Shown here piece after piece: positions 18,905 through 34,857 of a stretch of DNA of 64,000 bases. Both the position numbers and the translations under genes were made by a program. The notes under the pieces are model-generated. The model saw nothing but the letters and a program-made list of their open reading frames with translations. It had not been told where the DNA came from and did no database searches. The first letter of the stretch is position 1. Each line of letters begins with the position of its first letter. Where the stretch lies: the NCBI RefSeq assembly GCF_054482595.1, contig NZ_CM137008.1; one strand, written 5' to 3'.

Positions 18905-21052
18905 ATGAAAAAAGTCGTCACGGTTTGCCCCTATTGCGCATCAGGTTGCAAAATCAACCTGGTCGTCGATAACGGCAAAATCGTCCGGGCGGAGGCAGCG
19001 CAGGGGAAAACCAACCAGGGTACCCTGTGTCTGAAGGGTTATTATGGCTGGGATTTCATTAACGATACCCAGATCCTGACCCCGCGCCTGAAAACCCCCA
19101 TGATCCGTCGCCAGCGTGGCGGCAAACTCGAACCTGTTTCCTGGGATGAGGCACTGAATTACGTTGCCGAGCGCCTGAGCGCCATCAAAGAGAAGTACGG
19201 TCCGGATGCCATCCAGACGACCGGCTCCTCGCGTGGTACGGGTAACGAAACCAACTATGTAATGCAAAAATTTGCGCGCGCCGTTATTGGTACCAATAAC
19301 GTTGACTGCTGCGCTCGTGTCTGACACGGCCCATCGGTTGCAGGTCTGCACCAATCGGTCGGTAATGGCGCAATGAGCAATGCTATTAACGAAATTGATA
19401 ATACCGATTTAGTGTTCGTTTTCGGGTACAACCCGGCGGATTCCCACCCAATCGTGGCGAATCACGTAATTAACGCTAAACGTAACGGGGCGAAAATTAT
19501 CGTCTGCGATCCGCGCAAAATTGAAACCGCGCGCATTGCTGACATGCACATTGCACTGAAAAACGGCTCGAACATCGCGCTGTTGAATGCGATGGGCCAT
19601 GTCATTATTGAAGAAAATCTGTACGACAAAGCGTTCGTCGCTTCACGTACAGAAGGCTTTGAAGAGTATCGTAAAATCGTTGAAGGCTACACGCCGGAGT
19701 CGGTTGAAGATATCACCGGCGTCAGCGCCAGCGAGATTCGTCAGGCGGCACGGATGTATGCCCAGGCGAAAAGCGCCGCCATCCTGTGGGGCATGGGTGT
19801 AACCCAGTTCTACCAGGGCGTGGAAACCGTGCGTTCTCTGACCAGCCTCGCGATGCTGACCGGTAACCTCGGTAAGCCGCATGCGGGTGTAAACCCGGTT
19901 CGTGGTCAGAACAACGTGCAGGGTGCCTGCGATATGGGCGCGCTGCCGGATACGTATCCGGGATACCAGTACGTGAAAGATCCGGCTAACCGCGAGAAAT
20001 TCGCCAAAGCCTGGGGTGTGGAAAGCCTGCCAGCGCATACCGGCTATCGCATCAGCGAGCTGCCGCACCGCGCAGCGCATGGCGAAGTGCGTGCCGCGTA
20101 CATTATGGGCGAAGATCCGCTGCAAACTGACGCGGAGCTGTCGGCAGTACGTAAAGCCTTTGAAGATCTGGAACTGGTTATCGTTCAGGACATCTTTATG
20201 ACCAAAACCGCGTCGGCGGCGGATGTTATTTTACCGTCAACGTCGTGGGGCGAGCATGAAGGCGTGTTTACTGCGGCTGACCGTGGCTTCCAGCGTTTCT
20301 TCAAAGCAGTTGAACCGAAATGGGATCTGAAAACGGACTGGCAAATCATCAGTGAAATCGCCACCCGTATGGGTTATCCGATGCACTACAACAACACCCA
20401 GGAGATCTGGGATGAGTTGCGTCATCTGTGCCCGGATTTCTACGGTGCGACTTACGAGAAAATGGGCGAACTGGGCTTCATTCAGTGGCCTTGCCGCGAT
20501 ACTTCAGATGCCGATCAGGGGACTTCTTATCTGTTTAAAGAGAAGTTTGATACCCCGAACGGTCTGGCGCAGTTCTTCACCTGCGACTGGGTAGCGCCAA
20601 TCGACAAACTCACCGACGAGTACCCGATGGTACTGTCAACGGTGCGTGAAGTTGGTCACTACTCTTGCCGTTCGATGACCGGTAACTGTGCGGCACTGGC
20701 GGCGCTGGCGGATGAACCTGGCTACGCACAAATCAATACCGAAGACGCCAAACGTCTGGGTATTGAAGATGAGGCATTGGTTTGGGTGCACTCGCGTAAA
20801 GGCAAAATTATCACCCGTGCGCAGGTCAGCGATCGTCCGAACAAAGGGGCGATTTACATGACCTACCAGTGGTGGATTGGTGCCTGTAACGAGCTGGTTA
20901 CCGAAAACTTAAGCCCGATTACGAAAACGCCGGAATACAAATACTGCGCCGTGCGCGTCGAGCCGATCGCCGATCAGCGCGCCGCCGAGCAGTACGTGAT
21001 TGACGAGTACAACAAGTTGAAAACTCGCCTGCGCGAAGCGGCACTGGCGTAA
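18905..21052 (+). CDS. fdhF: Formate dehydrogenase H, selenocysteine-containing (UGA at codon 140 recoded as Sec)
   Basis: Two in-frame ORFs (18905-19324, 19373-21052) separated only by TGA 19322-19324 in the conserved CCARV-U-HGPSVAG context; N-terminal Fe-S motif CPYCASGCK; 715 aa total. Confidence 0.9.
19322..19366 (+). other. Selenocysteine UGA codon plus SECIS stem-loop
   Basis: tgacacggcccatcggttgcaggtctgcaccaatcggtcggtaatggcg: hairpin immediately 3' of the in-frame UGA, matching the fdhF SECIS as I recall it. Confidence 0.8.
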
Positions 21053-21065
21053 TACAGTCCTTTCT

Positions 21066-21094
21066 ACAGCCTCCTTTCGGAGGCTGTTTTTTTA
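21066..21094 (+). terminator. Rho-independent terminator of fdhF
   Basis: cagcctcc-tttc-ggaggctg stem-loop followed by a T7 run. Confidence 0.8.
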
Positions 21095-21145
21095 TCCATT
21101 CGAACTCTTTATACTGGTTACTCCCTACCCAATCGTATTATCAAA

Positions 21146-21835
21146 ATGAAAAAAATTATCGCATTGATGTTGTTTTTGACATTCTTTGCCCACGCCAACG
21201 ACTCCGAGCCTGGCAGCCAGTATTTAAAGGCAGCAGAGGCCGGGGACCGACGCGCACAATATTTTCTTGCCGACAGCTGGTTTAGCTCCGGCGATTTGAG
21301 CAAAGCCGAATATTGGGCACAGAAAGCCGCCGACAGCGGTGATGCTGATGCCTGCGCGCTGTTGGCGCAGATCAAAATCACCAATCCGGTCAGTCTGGAC
21401 TATCCACAAGCAAAAGTTCTTGCAGAGAAAGCGGCGCAAGCGGGCAGTAAAGAAGGTGAAGTAACGCTGGCGCATATTCTGGTAAATACTCAAGCGGGCA
21501 AACCGGATTATCCAAAGGCGATTTCGCTGTTAGAAAACGCCTCGGAAGATCTGGAGAACGACTCTGCCGTCGATGCCCAAATGCTGCTTGGTTTGATTTA
21601 CGCCAACGGCGTGGGCATTAAGGCCGACGATGACAAGGCAACCTGGTATTTCAAACGCAGCTCTGCAATTTCCCGAACCGGTTATTCCGAGTACTGGGCG
21701 GGAATGATGTTCTTAAACGGTGAAGAAGGTTTTATCGAGAAGAATAAACAAAAGGCGCTGCACTGGTTGAACCTGAGCTGTATGGAAGGGTTTGATACCG
21801 GGTGTGAAGAGTTTGAAAAATTAACCAACGGTTAA
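21146..21835 (+). CDS. yjcO: Sel1-repeat (TPR-like) periplasmic protein
   Basis: 229 aa; signal peptide; repeated Sel1-like A-x-YxLA/G motifs; K-12 position between fdhF and gltP. Confidence 0.8.
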   Translation: MKKIIALMLFLTFFAHANDSEPGSQYLKAAEAGDRRAQYFLADSWFSSGDLSKAEYWAQKAADSGDADACALLAQIKITNPVSLDYPQAKVLAEKAAQAGSKEGEVTLAHILVNTQAGKPDYPKAISLLENASEDLENDSAVDAQMLLGLIYANGVGIKADDDKATWYFKRSSAISRTGYSEYWAGMMFLNGEEGFIEKNKQKALHWLNLSCMEGFDTGCEEFEKLTNG

Positions 21836-21838
21836 GGT

Positions 21839-22105
21839 AGGCCTGATAAGACGCGTTAAGCGTCGCATCAGGCGTTGATGTCGGATGCGGCGTAAACGCC
21901 TTATCCGACCTACAAAATCACGCTAAATCAGGCTATTGCGCTGTCTGGCGTAGGCCTGATAAGACGCGGCAAGCGTCGCATCAGGCGTTGATGTCGGATG
22001 CGGCGTAAACGCCTTATCCGACCTACAAAATCACGCTAAATCAGGCTATTGCGCTGTCTGGCGTAGGCCTGATAAGACGCACCAGCGTCGCATCAGGCAT
22101 CCACA
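21839..22105. repeat. BIME/REP array: 113-bp unit tandemly repeated (2 full copies plus a partial third)
   Basis: Unit aggcctgataagacgcg...cgtcgcatcaggcgttgatgtcggatgcggcgtaaacgccttatccgacc... recurs with starts at 21841, 21954 and 22067; contains canonical REP palindromes. Confidence 0.85.
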
Positions 22106-22137
22106 CATTGCCGGGGGATAACCCCGGCAATCTTCAA

Positions 22138-23451
22138 TTATTGATCCGCAGTTTTATCAAATTTGCCCAGCACTTCACGCTCATAAGCCAGCGCCTTTTT
22201 GCGGTCAAATTTGTGTTCCCACTTGGCAATCACCAGCACCGCCAGCGCATTACCCACCACGTTCAGCGCAGTACGCGCCATGTCGAGGATACGGTCAACA
22301 CCGGCAATAAACGCCAGACCTTCCAGCGGAATACCTACGCTACCCAGCGTTGCCAGCAACACCACAAACGACACGCCAGGCACGCCAGCAATCCCTTTCG
22401 AGGTCACCATCAGCGTCAGCACCAGAATGATTTCCTGCCAGATGGACAGGTCAATGCCATACAGCTGAGCGATGAAAATAGCGGCAATACTTTGGTACAG
22501 CGTCGAACCATCAAGGTTAAAAGAGTAACCGGTTGGCACCACGAAGCTGGTGATCGACGCCGGTGCTCCGTAGGCTTCCATCTTCTCAATAATTCGCGGC
22601 AGTACGCTTTCAGAGCTGGCAGTGGAGTACGCCAGAATCAGCTCATCTTTCAGAATACGAATCAGGATCCAGACGCTTAACCCGCACAGGTGCGCCACAA
22701 TGCCCAGCACTACCAGCGCGAAGAACAGAATGGCGAAATGCACCAGCAGCACCAGTTTCGCCAGTGGCCACAGAGAAGAGAAACCAAAGTTAGCCACCGT
22801 CACCGCAATCAGCGCAAACACACCCACCGGCGCATAACGCATCACCATGTGAGTCACTTTAAACATGGTTTCAGAGATGGAGCGGAACACGGTCACCAGC
22901 GGTTCACGATGCGTCGCGGGCAGGGAAGAAAGCCCCAGACCAAACAGCACCGAGAAGAAGATGATCGGCAGCATTTCGCCTTTCGCCATCGACGCCACAA
23001 TGTTCGTCGGCACCAGCGACAAAATCGTGCCCATAATGCCGTGGGAACTGCTTTGTACCGCTTCCGTAGTGCTCTGATATTTCGAGATATCGACGGTCGC
23101 CAGCTGCGACATATCCACCCCGGCACCGGGCTGGAAGACGTTCGCCAGAGTGATCCCCAAAATGATGGCGACGGTGGTGATCACCTCGAAGTAGATAATG
23201 GTTTTCGCGCCAATACGCCCGAGCTGTTTGGCATCACCAACACCCGCGATACCCACCACCAGCGTGGAGATCACAATCGGCACAACAATCATTTTGATCA
23301 AATGGATGAAGATATCACCCGCCGGAGAGAGCAAATTGACGACCAGCCAGTCGCGGCTGTCGCTATGGTAGTGCAGGTAGCTTCCCAGGAGAATGCCCAG
23401 CACCATAGCAAACAGAATCTGCCAGGCCAGGCTGAATTTTATATTTTTCAT
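22138..23451 (-). CDS. gltP: Glutamate/aspartate:proton symporter (DAACS family)
   Basis: 437 aa multi-TM ORF; K-12 synteny. Confidence 0.9.
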   Translation of the reverse strand: MKNIKFSLAWQILFAMVLGILLGSYLHYHSDSRDWLVVNLLSPAGDIFIHLIKMIVVPIVISTLVVGIAGVGDAKQLGRIGAKTIIYFEVITTVAIILGITLANVFQPGAGVDMSQLATVDISKYQSTTEAVQSSSHGIMGTILSLVPTNIVASMAKGEMLPIIFFSVLFGLGLSSLPATHREPLVTVFRSISETMFKVTHMVMRYAPVGVFALIAVTVANFGFSSLWPLAKLVLLVHFAILFFALVVLGIVAHLCGLSVWILIRILKDELILAYSTASSESVLPRIIEKMEAYGAPASITSFVVPTGYSFNLDGSTLYQSIAAIFIAQLYGIDLSIWQEIILVLTLMVTSKGIAGVPGVSFVVLLATLGSVGIPLEGLAFIAGVDRILDMARTALNVVGNALAVLVIAKWEHKFDRKKALAYEREVLGKFDKTADQ

Positions 23452-23792
23452 CAGAATAACTTCCTCAATGGAGCGCCGTTCCCCGTTCAGAAACGCGAGA
23501 ACGTGACATACTGCCAGGGCATGAATTGTGTTGCGTTGGTTTGTAGATTTTTTTAACGCTTATGATCAGTATCATTTGCGCGGTATGTTGCGCAACCCTT
23601 TAACAACAGAGCTTTTCGCTGCATTAATGCATAATAACGCGAGTTTATGGCAGGATTAATGAATAACCATTTGTTATGGAAAGATTTTTATTTGTTTAAT
23701 CTGCAATAATACTGATTAGTGATTATTTTTGACATATGTTCATTCGATTATTTTTTATGCAGCTCAATAACATAATCTTCATCACCAGATGA

Positions 23793-24389
23793 TTAATCCG
23801 ATCTCCGCTGCAACAGTTTCGCCATATTAATCGACTCGACCAGCTGTGTCCGGTTGATCCGGGGTGAGTTGAGATCCATCACTTTTTGCCATAGTTCGAT
23901 GGCTTGCGCGTAATTCGCCTGCATAAACGCATCGGAAGCCAGCAGCATCAGAGCGGTGATTTCGTTAGAGTCCAGCGCGAGGGCTTTGTCGATCATTGCG
24001 CGAGTCTGGGCGGTCATATGCTGGCTGGCCTGGTAATAAAGCACCGTCGCCAGCGCCGCATACAGTTCAGCGTTCTCACCACGTAGTTGCAACGCCTGAC
24101 GGTACGCCAGCAGCGAATTGCTGTAATCGTTTTGCCACAGATAGTACTCGCCCAGTAGCGCCCATTGTTCGCTGTTTTGTGGATTAGCGCGGATTTTATC
24201 CTGCAATGCCTGAAGCTGCGCTTCCGGGGTTTGCTGGCTGGCAAACTGATGTAGCGGATCGCGCTGACGCTGGTACTCCGCACGTACCGCCTGCCATTTT
24301 GGGCTTAACAGATAACTGCCGACACAGAGGAATACCATCAATATCGTGAGTGTTGTCAGCATTTTCACCGGTATTTGAGGCCGTTTCAT
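23793..24389 (-). CDS. nrfG: Nitrite reductase heme-lyase accessory TPR protein
   Basis: 198 aa from the internal ATG (MKRPQIPVK...) that overlaps the nrfF stop; TPR repeats. Confidence 0.8.
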   Translation of the reverse strand: MKRPQIPVKMLTTLTILMVFLCVGSYLLSPKWQAVRAEYQRQRDPLHQFASQQTPEAQLQALQDKIRANPQNSEQWALLGEYYLWQNDYSNSLLAYRQALQLRGENAELYAALATVLYYQASQHMTAQTRAMIDKALALDSNEITALMLLASDAFMQANYAQAIELWQKVMDLNSPRINRTQLVESINMAKLLQRRSD

Positions 24390-24769
24390 CGCTTCGCCCT
24401 CACTCGCCAGAGGATCAGTGCCATCAGCAGTAACAACACCACTGGCAGCGCCCACAACACCAGCGTCTGACCCGTTAACGGTGGGTTATAGCGAACAAAA
24501 TCTCCGTAGCGTTCGGTCATCCAGCCAATGATTTCGACTTCACTTTTCCCCTCCGCCACCATGCTGTAAACCTGATGGCGCATACTGACTGCCACCGGCG
24601 CGTTGGATTCCAGTAAGTTTTGATTCTGGCACTGCGGACAACGTAACTGGCTGGCAATATTTAACGCCTGTTGCTGTTGTTGCGGATTGGCGAATTGCCA
24701 GGTGTCTACAACCTGAGCGCGCGCAAAACAGGTAAATAACAGCAGTAGCGTGAGAAGTCCTTTATTCAT
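24386..24769 (-). CDS. nrfF: Cytochrome c maturation CcmH-like protein for NrfA
   Basis: 127 aa; signal peptide; CPQC thiol-redox motif. Confidence 0.85.
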   Translation of the reverse strand: MNKGLLTLLLLFTCFARAQVVDTWQFANPQQQQQALNIASQLRCPQCQNQNLLESNAPVAVSMRHQVYSMVAEGKSEVEIIGWMTERYGDFVRYNPPLTGQTLVLWALPVVLLLLMALILWRVRAKR

Positions 24770-26420
24770 CGCGCTTCCTCCCCCGCCATCCGCTTAACAA
24801 TGCGCCCGCAATCATCAACAATCCTCCCCCCCAGATCCAGCGCACACCGCTTTGTACATACAAACGAAAAGCGTAACGATCCGGCCCAGTTTTCTCCCCC
24901 ATGACCGCATACCAGTCATGGATGCCGTTCCAGCGAATTGACGGTTCCATCATTTGCTGACGGCGTGCTTCATAAAAACGCCGCTCCGGCGTCAGTTCAC
25001 CAATACGTTGCTGATGGTCAAACAGTGCCACTATCGCTTTTTCGCTGGTGTAATTGCCTCTGGCTTGCAGATCGAGGCGCTCAAAACGGAAGGTGTATCC
25101 TGCCAGCGTCACCTGCTGACCCGGCTGTAAATTCAGGCTGATTTCCTGACGGCTGACGCTGGAAACCACGACCCCAGCGGCAAATAACAGCACGCCCGCA
25201 TGAGCTACCAGCGCCGGAAGCTGCACGCGTTTGCCAGAGACAAACGTCGCCAGCACAATCACCACCAACATCAACAGACCAAACGGTAACGTCGCGCGGT
25301 TAAAATACGGTGCGCCAACGGAGAGGCGTCCCCAGCCCAGCAGGCCGTAAATCATCGGATAAAGCGTTCCCACCAGCACGATCAGTAGCACTGCGCAAAA
25401 CAGCAACAGCGTAGCGAGGATTAACATTTCCCGCGATAACCCCGAAAAACGCACCGCCGGGCCACCGTCCCGCGCTCGCCAGCCATACAGAGCCAGAGAC
25501 GCAAGGCTAATCAGTACAAACAGACTGAACAACGGCACGGCGCGGACGTTATCCAGCGCGAACGCATGAACCGAAACCAGAATGCCAGAACGGACAATTA
25601 AGGTGCCCAGCAGCGACAGCATCAGAGTAACTATCGCCAGTAACAGCGACCAGTGGCGAAAAATCCCCCGCTGGCGTGTCAGGGATAAACTGTGCAGCAG
25701 CGCAGTGGCAGAAAGCCAGGGTAATAAAGAGGCGTTTTCCACCGGATCCCAGAACCACCAGCCGCCCCAGCCCAGTTCGCAATAGGCCCACCAGGAACCG
25801 AGGATGATCCCCGCCGTTAATGCGCTCCAGCCAGGTAGTGCCCAACGCCAGCAAATTCGGGCGCAGGCCGCATCAAACTCGCCGCGCAGTAAACTCGCCA
25901 GCACCACGCTCGCCGCTACCATCAAACCGCCATAGCCAAGGTAAAGCAGCGGTGGATGAAAGATAAGACCGGGATGTTGCAGCATCGGATTGAGATCGCG
26001 GCCTTCGATTGCTGGTGGAAATATCCGCACGAAGGGATCGGACCACAGCACCACAAACAGTAGCAGTGCGGCGAGCATGAGAGATAAAACGGCTAACGTC
26101 AGCGGAAATAGCGGATCGGTTTGCTGCCGATAATGCCAGGCAAACAGCGCGCTCCAGGCGGAAAGCAGCAGCACCCAAAGCAGCAGCGAACCTTCATGGC
26201 CGCCCCACACCGCTGCCAGCTTGAGTTCCCACGACAGCAGGCTGTAGCTATGTTGCGCGACATAAATGACCGAGAAATCGCTGATGAGAAAACAATACGT
26301 CAGTACGCCAAAGGCGAGCAGCTGGAGCGCGAACTGCGCCAGAATGCCGACGCAAGTGAGTCGCATCATGGCAGGCCAGCGCAACCGCACTCCCGCAAAG
26401 GCCGTCAACGGGGTCAACAC
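24762..26420 (-). CDS. nrfE: CcmF-like heme lyase for NrfA
   Basis: Multi-TM protein; ORF track begins at a TTG (26441); a GTG at 26420 gives the 552 aa length I recall for NrfE. Start uncertain by 7 codons. Confidence 0.8.
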   Translation of the reverse strand: MLTPLTAFAGVRLRWPAMMRLTCVGILAQFALQLLAFGVLTYCFLISDFSVIYVAQHSYSLLSWELKLAAVWGGHEGSLLLWVLLLSAWSALFAWHYRQQTDPLFPLTLAVLSLMLAALLLFVVLWSDPFVRIFPPAIEGRDLNPMLQHPGLIFHPPLLYLGYGGLMVAASVVLASLLRGEFDAACARICWRWALPGWSALTAGIILGSWWAYCELGWGGWWFWDPVENASLLPWLSATALLHSLSLTRQRGIFRHWSLLLAIVTLMLSLLGTLIVRSGILVSVHAFALDNVRAVPLFSLFVLISLASLALYGWRARDGGPAVRFSGLSREMLILATLLLFCAVLLIVLVGTLYPMIYGLLGWGRLSVGAPYFNRATLPFGLLMLVVIVLATFVSGKRVQLPALVAHAGVLLFAAGVVVSSVSRQEISLNLQPGQQVTLAGYTFRFERLDLQARGNYTSEKAIVALFDHQQRIGELTPERRFYEARRQQMMEPSIRWNGIHDWYAVMGEKTGPDRYAFRLYVQSGVRWIWGGGLLMIAGALLSGWRGRKRDE

Positions 26421-26499
26421 ATTGACCCCGAGACTTAACAACAGCGCCAGAAAACCGACTTCAGGAAGGAATACGTCCAGAAACCACCTCTGTTCTGGC

Positions 26500-27456
26500 T
26501 TACGCCACCGTTAACTGCCCGGCGTAGAGAATGAAAAATCGCAACATCAACACGCCGACCAGACTGGCCCCACACGCCGCCAGCACGGCAGGAATGCCGG
26601 AACTGCGATTGACCCACGGTTTGAGCAACATTGGCACAATCAGCCCCAGCCCGGCGACACCAAGCCAGAACCACCACGTCCAGAAACCGCCGCCCAATGC
26701 CGCCACCAGCGCACGCACTTTACCGTCATCGCCCAGCGCCAGACCGACAAAAAACGCCACCAGCAGGAAGATTTCACCCCATACCACGGGGATTTCCATA
26801 CGGTGTACAAACTGCGCTTCCGTGGAATGCGGGTTACTGCGTTGGCGTATCGCCATGGCGATCAGTGCCACCGCCGCACCGGACGAGATGCCGGAGAAGA
26901 GGAACAGCACCGGCAGGATCGGGTTATTAAGGAACGGATACGATTTCAGCGCCGACAGCAGAAAACCGGTATAAGCCCCCAACAACACCGCCAGCACCAG
27001 CATCAATGTTTCCAGTCCGCGATGAACGGGCGTCAGCAGGCTCAGAACCTTTTGCACGATCCCCAGCTTCGGCAACCAGCGTTGTTGCAGGGCAAGCAAA
27101 TCATGTTCAAAGATTTTCGCCAGCCACAGCACCAGCACCACCATGTAAAGCTGAAACAGCATCACCCCCATCGACATCACCGAGGTAAAACTGTAGTGGA
27201 ACATCAGCTTCCAGAAGGTCCACGGTCTTGTCAGGTGGAAGACGAGGATCAACAGACCGAGGATCACCGCGCCCGGCCCGACAATCAGCGTGGTGCGCAG
27301 CAACGTACTGTCTGCACCGCCCGCCTGCGGGTAGAAGCGACGTAACAGCACAGCCAGCGTCACCAAACCAGCAGAAATACCAATCAAAAACAGGTAGATG
27401 GCAATCGGCCAGTCCCACACCAGCGATTCAAAATGAAATGCGGAAGTCTGCGTCAT
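26500..27456 (-). CDS. nrfD: NrfD membrane quinol-oxidising subunit
   Basis: 318 aa polytopic membrane protein; start overlaps nrfC stop. Confidence 0.85.
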   Translation of the reverse strand: MTQTSAFHFESLVWDWPIAIYLFLIGISAGLVTLAVLLRRFYPQAGGADSTLLRTTLIVGPGAVILGLLILVFHLTRPWTFWKLMFHYSFTSVMSMGVMLFQLYMVVLVLWLAKIFEHDLLALQQRWLPKLGIVQKVLSLLTPVHRGLETLMLVLAVLLGAYTGFLLSALKSYPFLNNPILPVLFLFSGISSGAAVALIAMAIRQRSNPHSTEAQFVHRMEIPVVWGEIFLLVAFFVGLALGDDGKVRALVAALGGGFWTWWFWLGVAGLGLIVPMLLKPWVNRSSGIPAVLAACGASLVGVLMLRFFILYAGQLTVA

Positions 27457-28124
27457 TGGCTCACCTCCCCGTATTTAAACGGTACGCGGTACAGCTTCGG
27501 TTTGGTTCCCAGCGCCAGCTTGTAGCGGTAAGTAGGCTTCTGGCGCAGCAGTTGCGAAATCTCACTGTTAGGATCGTCCAGATTGCCAAACGTCAGCGCC
27601 TTCGTCGGGCAAGCCTCAACGCACGCGGGCAGCTTACCGGCCTGCAAATTGGTCTTACGGCAGAAATCGCATTTGTCCGCCGTCTTCGTGACCGGATGGA
27701 TAAAGCGCACGCGGTACGGACAGGCGGCGATGCAGTACTGACAACCGACGCAGAGATCAGGATTAACATCGACAATCCCGCTAGCGGCATCACGAAAAGA
27801 CGCACCGGTCGGGCAGACGTCAACGCACGGCGCATGATCACAGTGCTGGCAAGACTTACGGAAGAAGCGATATTTCACATCAGGAAATTCGCCCTGCGGC
27901 TCGCTACGAATAATCGTCAGGCGCGAGACGCCTTCCGGCACCTTGTTCACTTCCCGACAAGCATCCATACAGGCGGTACAGCCGATGCATAACGACTCGT
28001 CATGCACCATGCCGTAACGTACCCCATTGATATTCAACGTTTTCGCCACCACGCGTCCTGCGGTGCCGCTGACGGCTGCCAGCACGCCGACGCCGGTGAG
28101 AAACTGGCGACGAGACCAGGTCAT
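27453..28124 (-). CDS. nrfC: NrfC 4Fe-4S ferredoxin-type subunit (Tat-exported)
   Basis: 223 aa; twin-arginine signal (SRRQFLTG); multiple CxxCxxC clusters. Confidence 0.9.
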
Positions 28125-28687
28125 GGCTGCTCCTTAAGCAACGGAACAGACGCCGGGTTAAAGTTCGGATTGGTGCGCTGATCGCTGTGGCAATCGACGC
28201 AAATCTTAATCCGTCCTTTGTCACTTAACGTCTGCATCGTATCTTGCTGTGGATGCAGGGAATGGCAGCTGGCGCACGCCACTTTGGTTACGTGGACATC
28301 GTGCGGCCAGAACGCTTTTTGCAACTGTTCCGGCAGATGGCAGGACATACAGACGCTGTTCTGCTCTCCAACCTTGTACATCGGCTCGTTAAAGCGCATC
28401 ACATCTTTCACCCCTTCGCGGTGTTGCGGTGATGGCTGGCCGTGACAGTTGGTGCAGGTGACCGGCAGTTTGTTATTCGGGTTGATAACGGAAGCATGTT
28501 TGCCATGCATACCTTCGGTATCTGGCTTATGACAGTCCAGACAGGCGGCATCCGGGTTACGCTGCTGGGTAACTTCGTAGCGATCATCAGATGCCTGCGC
28601 CGCAGGGGTAGCGGTAATTCCGTTCAGGCTCCACAACAGGCCCGACGCCAGCACCCCGGCAGTTAATAACGAACGTAATACGCTCAT
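28121..28687 (-). CDS. nrfB: Pentaheme cytochrome c NrfB
   Basis: 188 aa from MSVLRSLL; five CxxCH motifs (CLDCH, CTNCH, CMSCH, CASCH, CVDCH). Confidence 0.85.
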
Positions 28688-28731
28688 ATTCACTCCATTG
28701 TGTTTTCCGCCCCTTGCGAGGCGGAACGGGG

Positions 28732-32519
<3,788 letters not shown>

Positions 32520-32526
32520 CCCACAA

Positions 32527-32630
32527 TTGCCGGATGCGAGTCGGTAACGGTTTGTAGGCCTGATAAGACGCGACAGCGTCGCATCAGGCATTGATTGCCG
32601 GATGCGGCGTATAACGCCTTATCCGGCCTA
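32527..32630. repeat. REP/BIME elements downstream of acs
   Basis: gccggatgcg..., aggcctgataagacgcg...cgtcgcatcaggc and gccggatgcggcgtataacgccttatccggcc palindromic units. Confidence 0.75.
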
Positions 32631-32719
32631 CATTCGGCAAGGGTTACCCGAGCGTTAACCTTCTCCCATAAGGGAGCGGGAATTAAAACAATCCCTACAT
32701 TACCTCTGGAGAATCTGTG

Positions 32720-34680
<1,961 letters not shown>

Positions 34681-34857
34681 TATCTCCCCTTCCCCGGTCG
34701 CCTGACCGGGGAATACTCTTCCTCTCCCAAATGCATCACCTTTTCCCATAATATTAAACAAATAAACTCATTAAAAAATGAGCGATTTTTGACAGTCGTA
34801 GAAAATGATAATGCAGAGAATATGCCTTTTCTTTCTTGTTAATTATAAGGATATTTT

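Noticed and set aside
18905-21052. fdhF as a disrupted gene or pseudogene (two ORFs)
   Set aside because: The two ORFs are in the same frame and separated only by TGA in the conserved Sec context with a SECIS hairpin; this is selenocysteine recoding.
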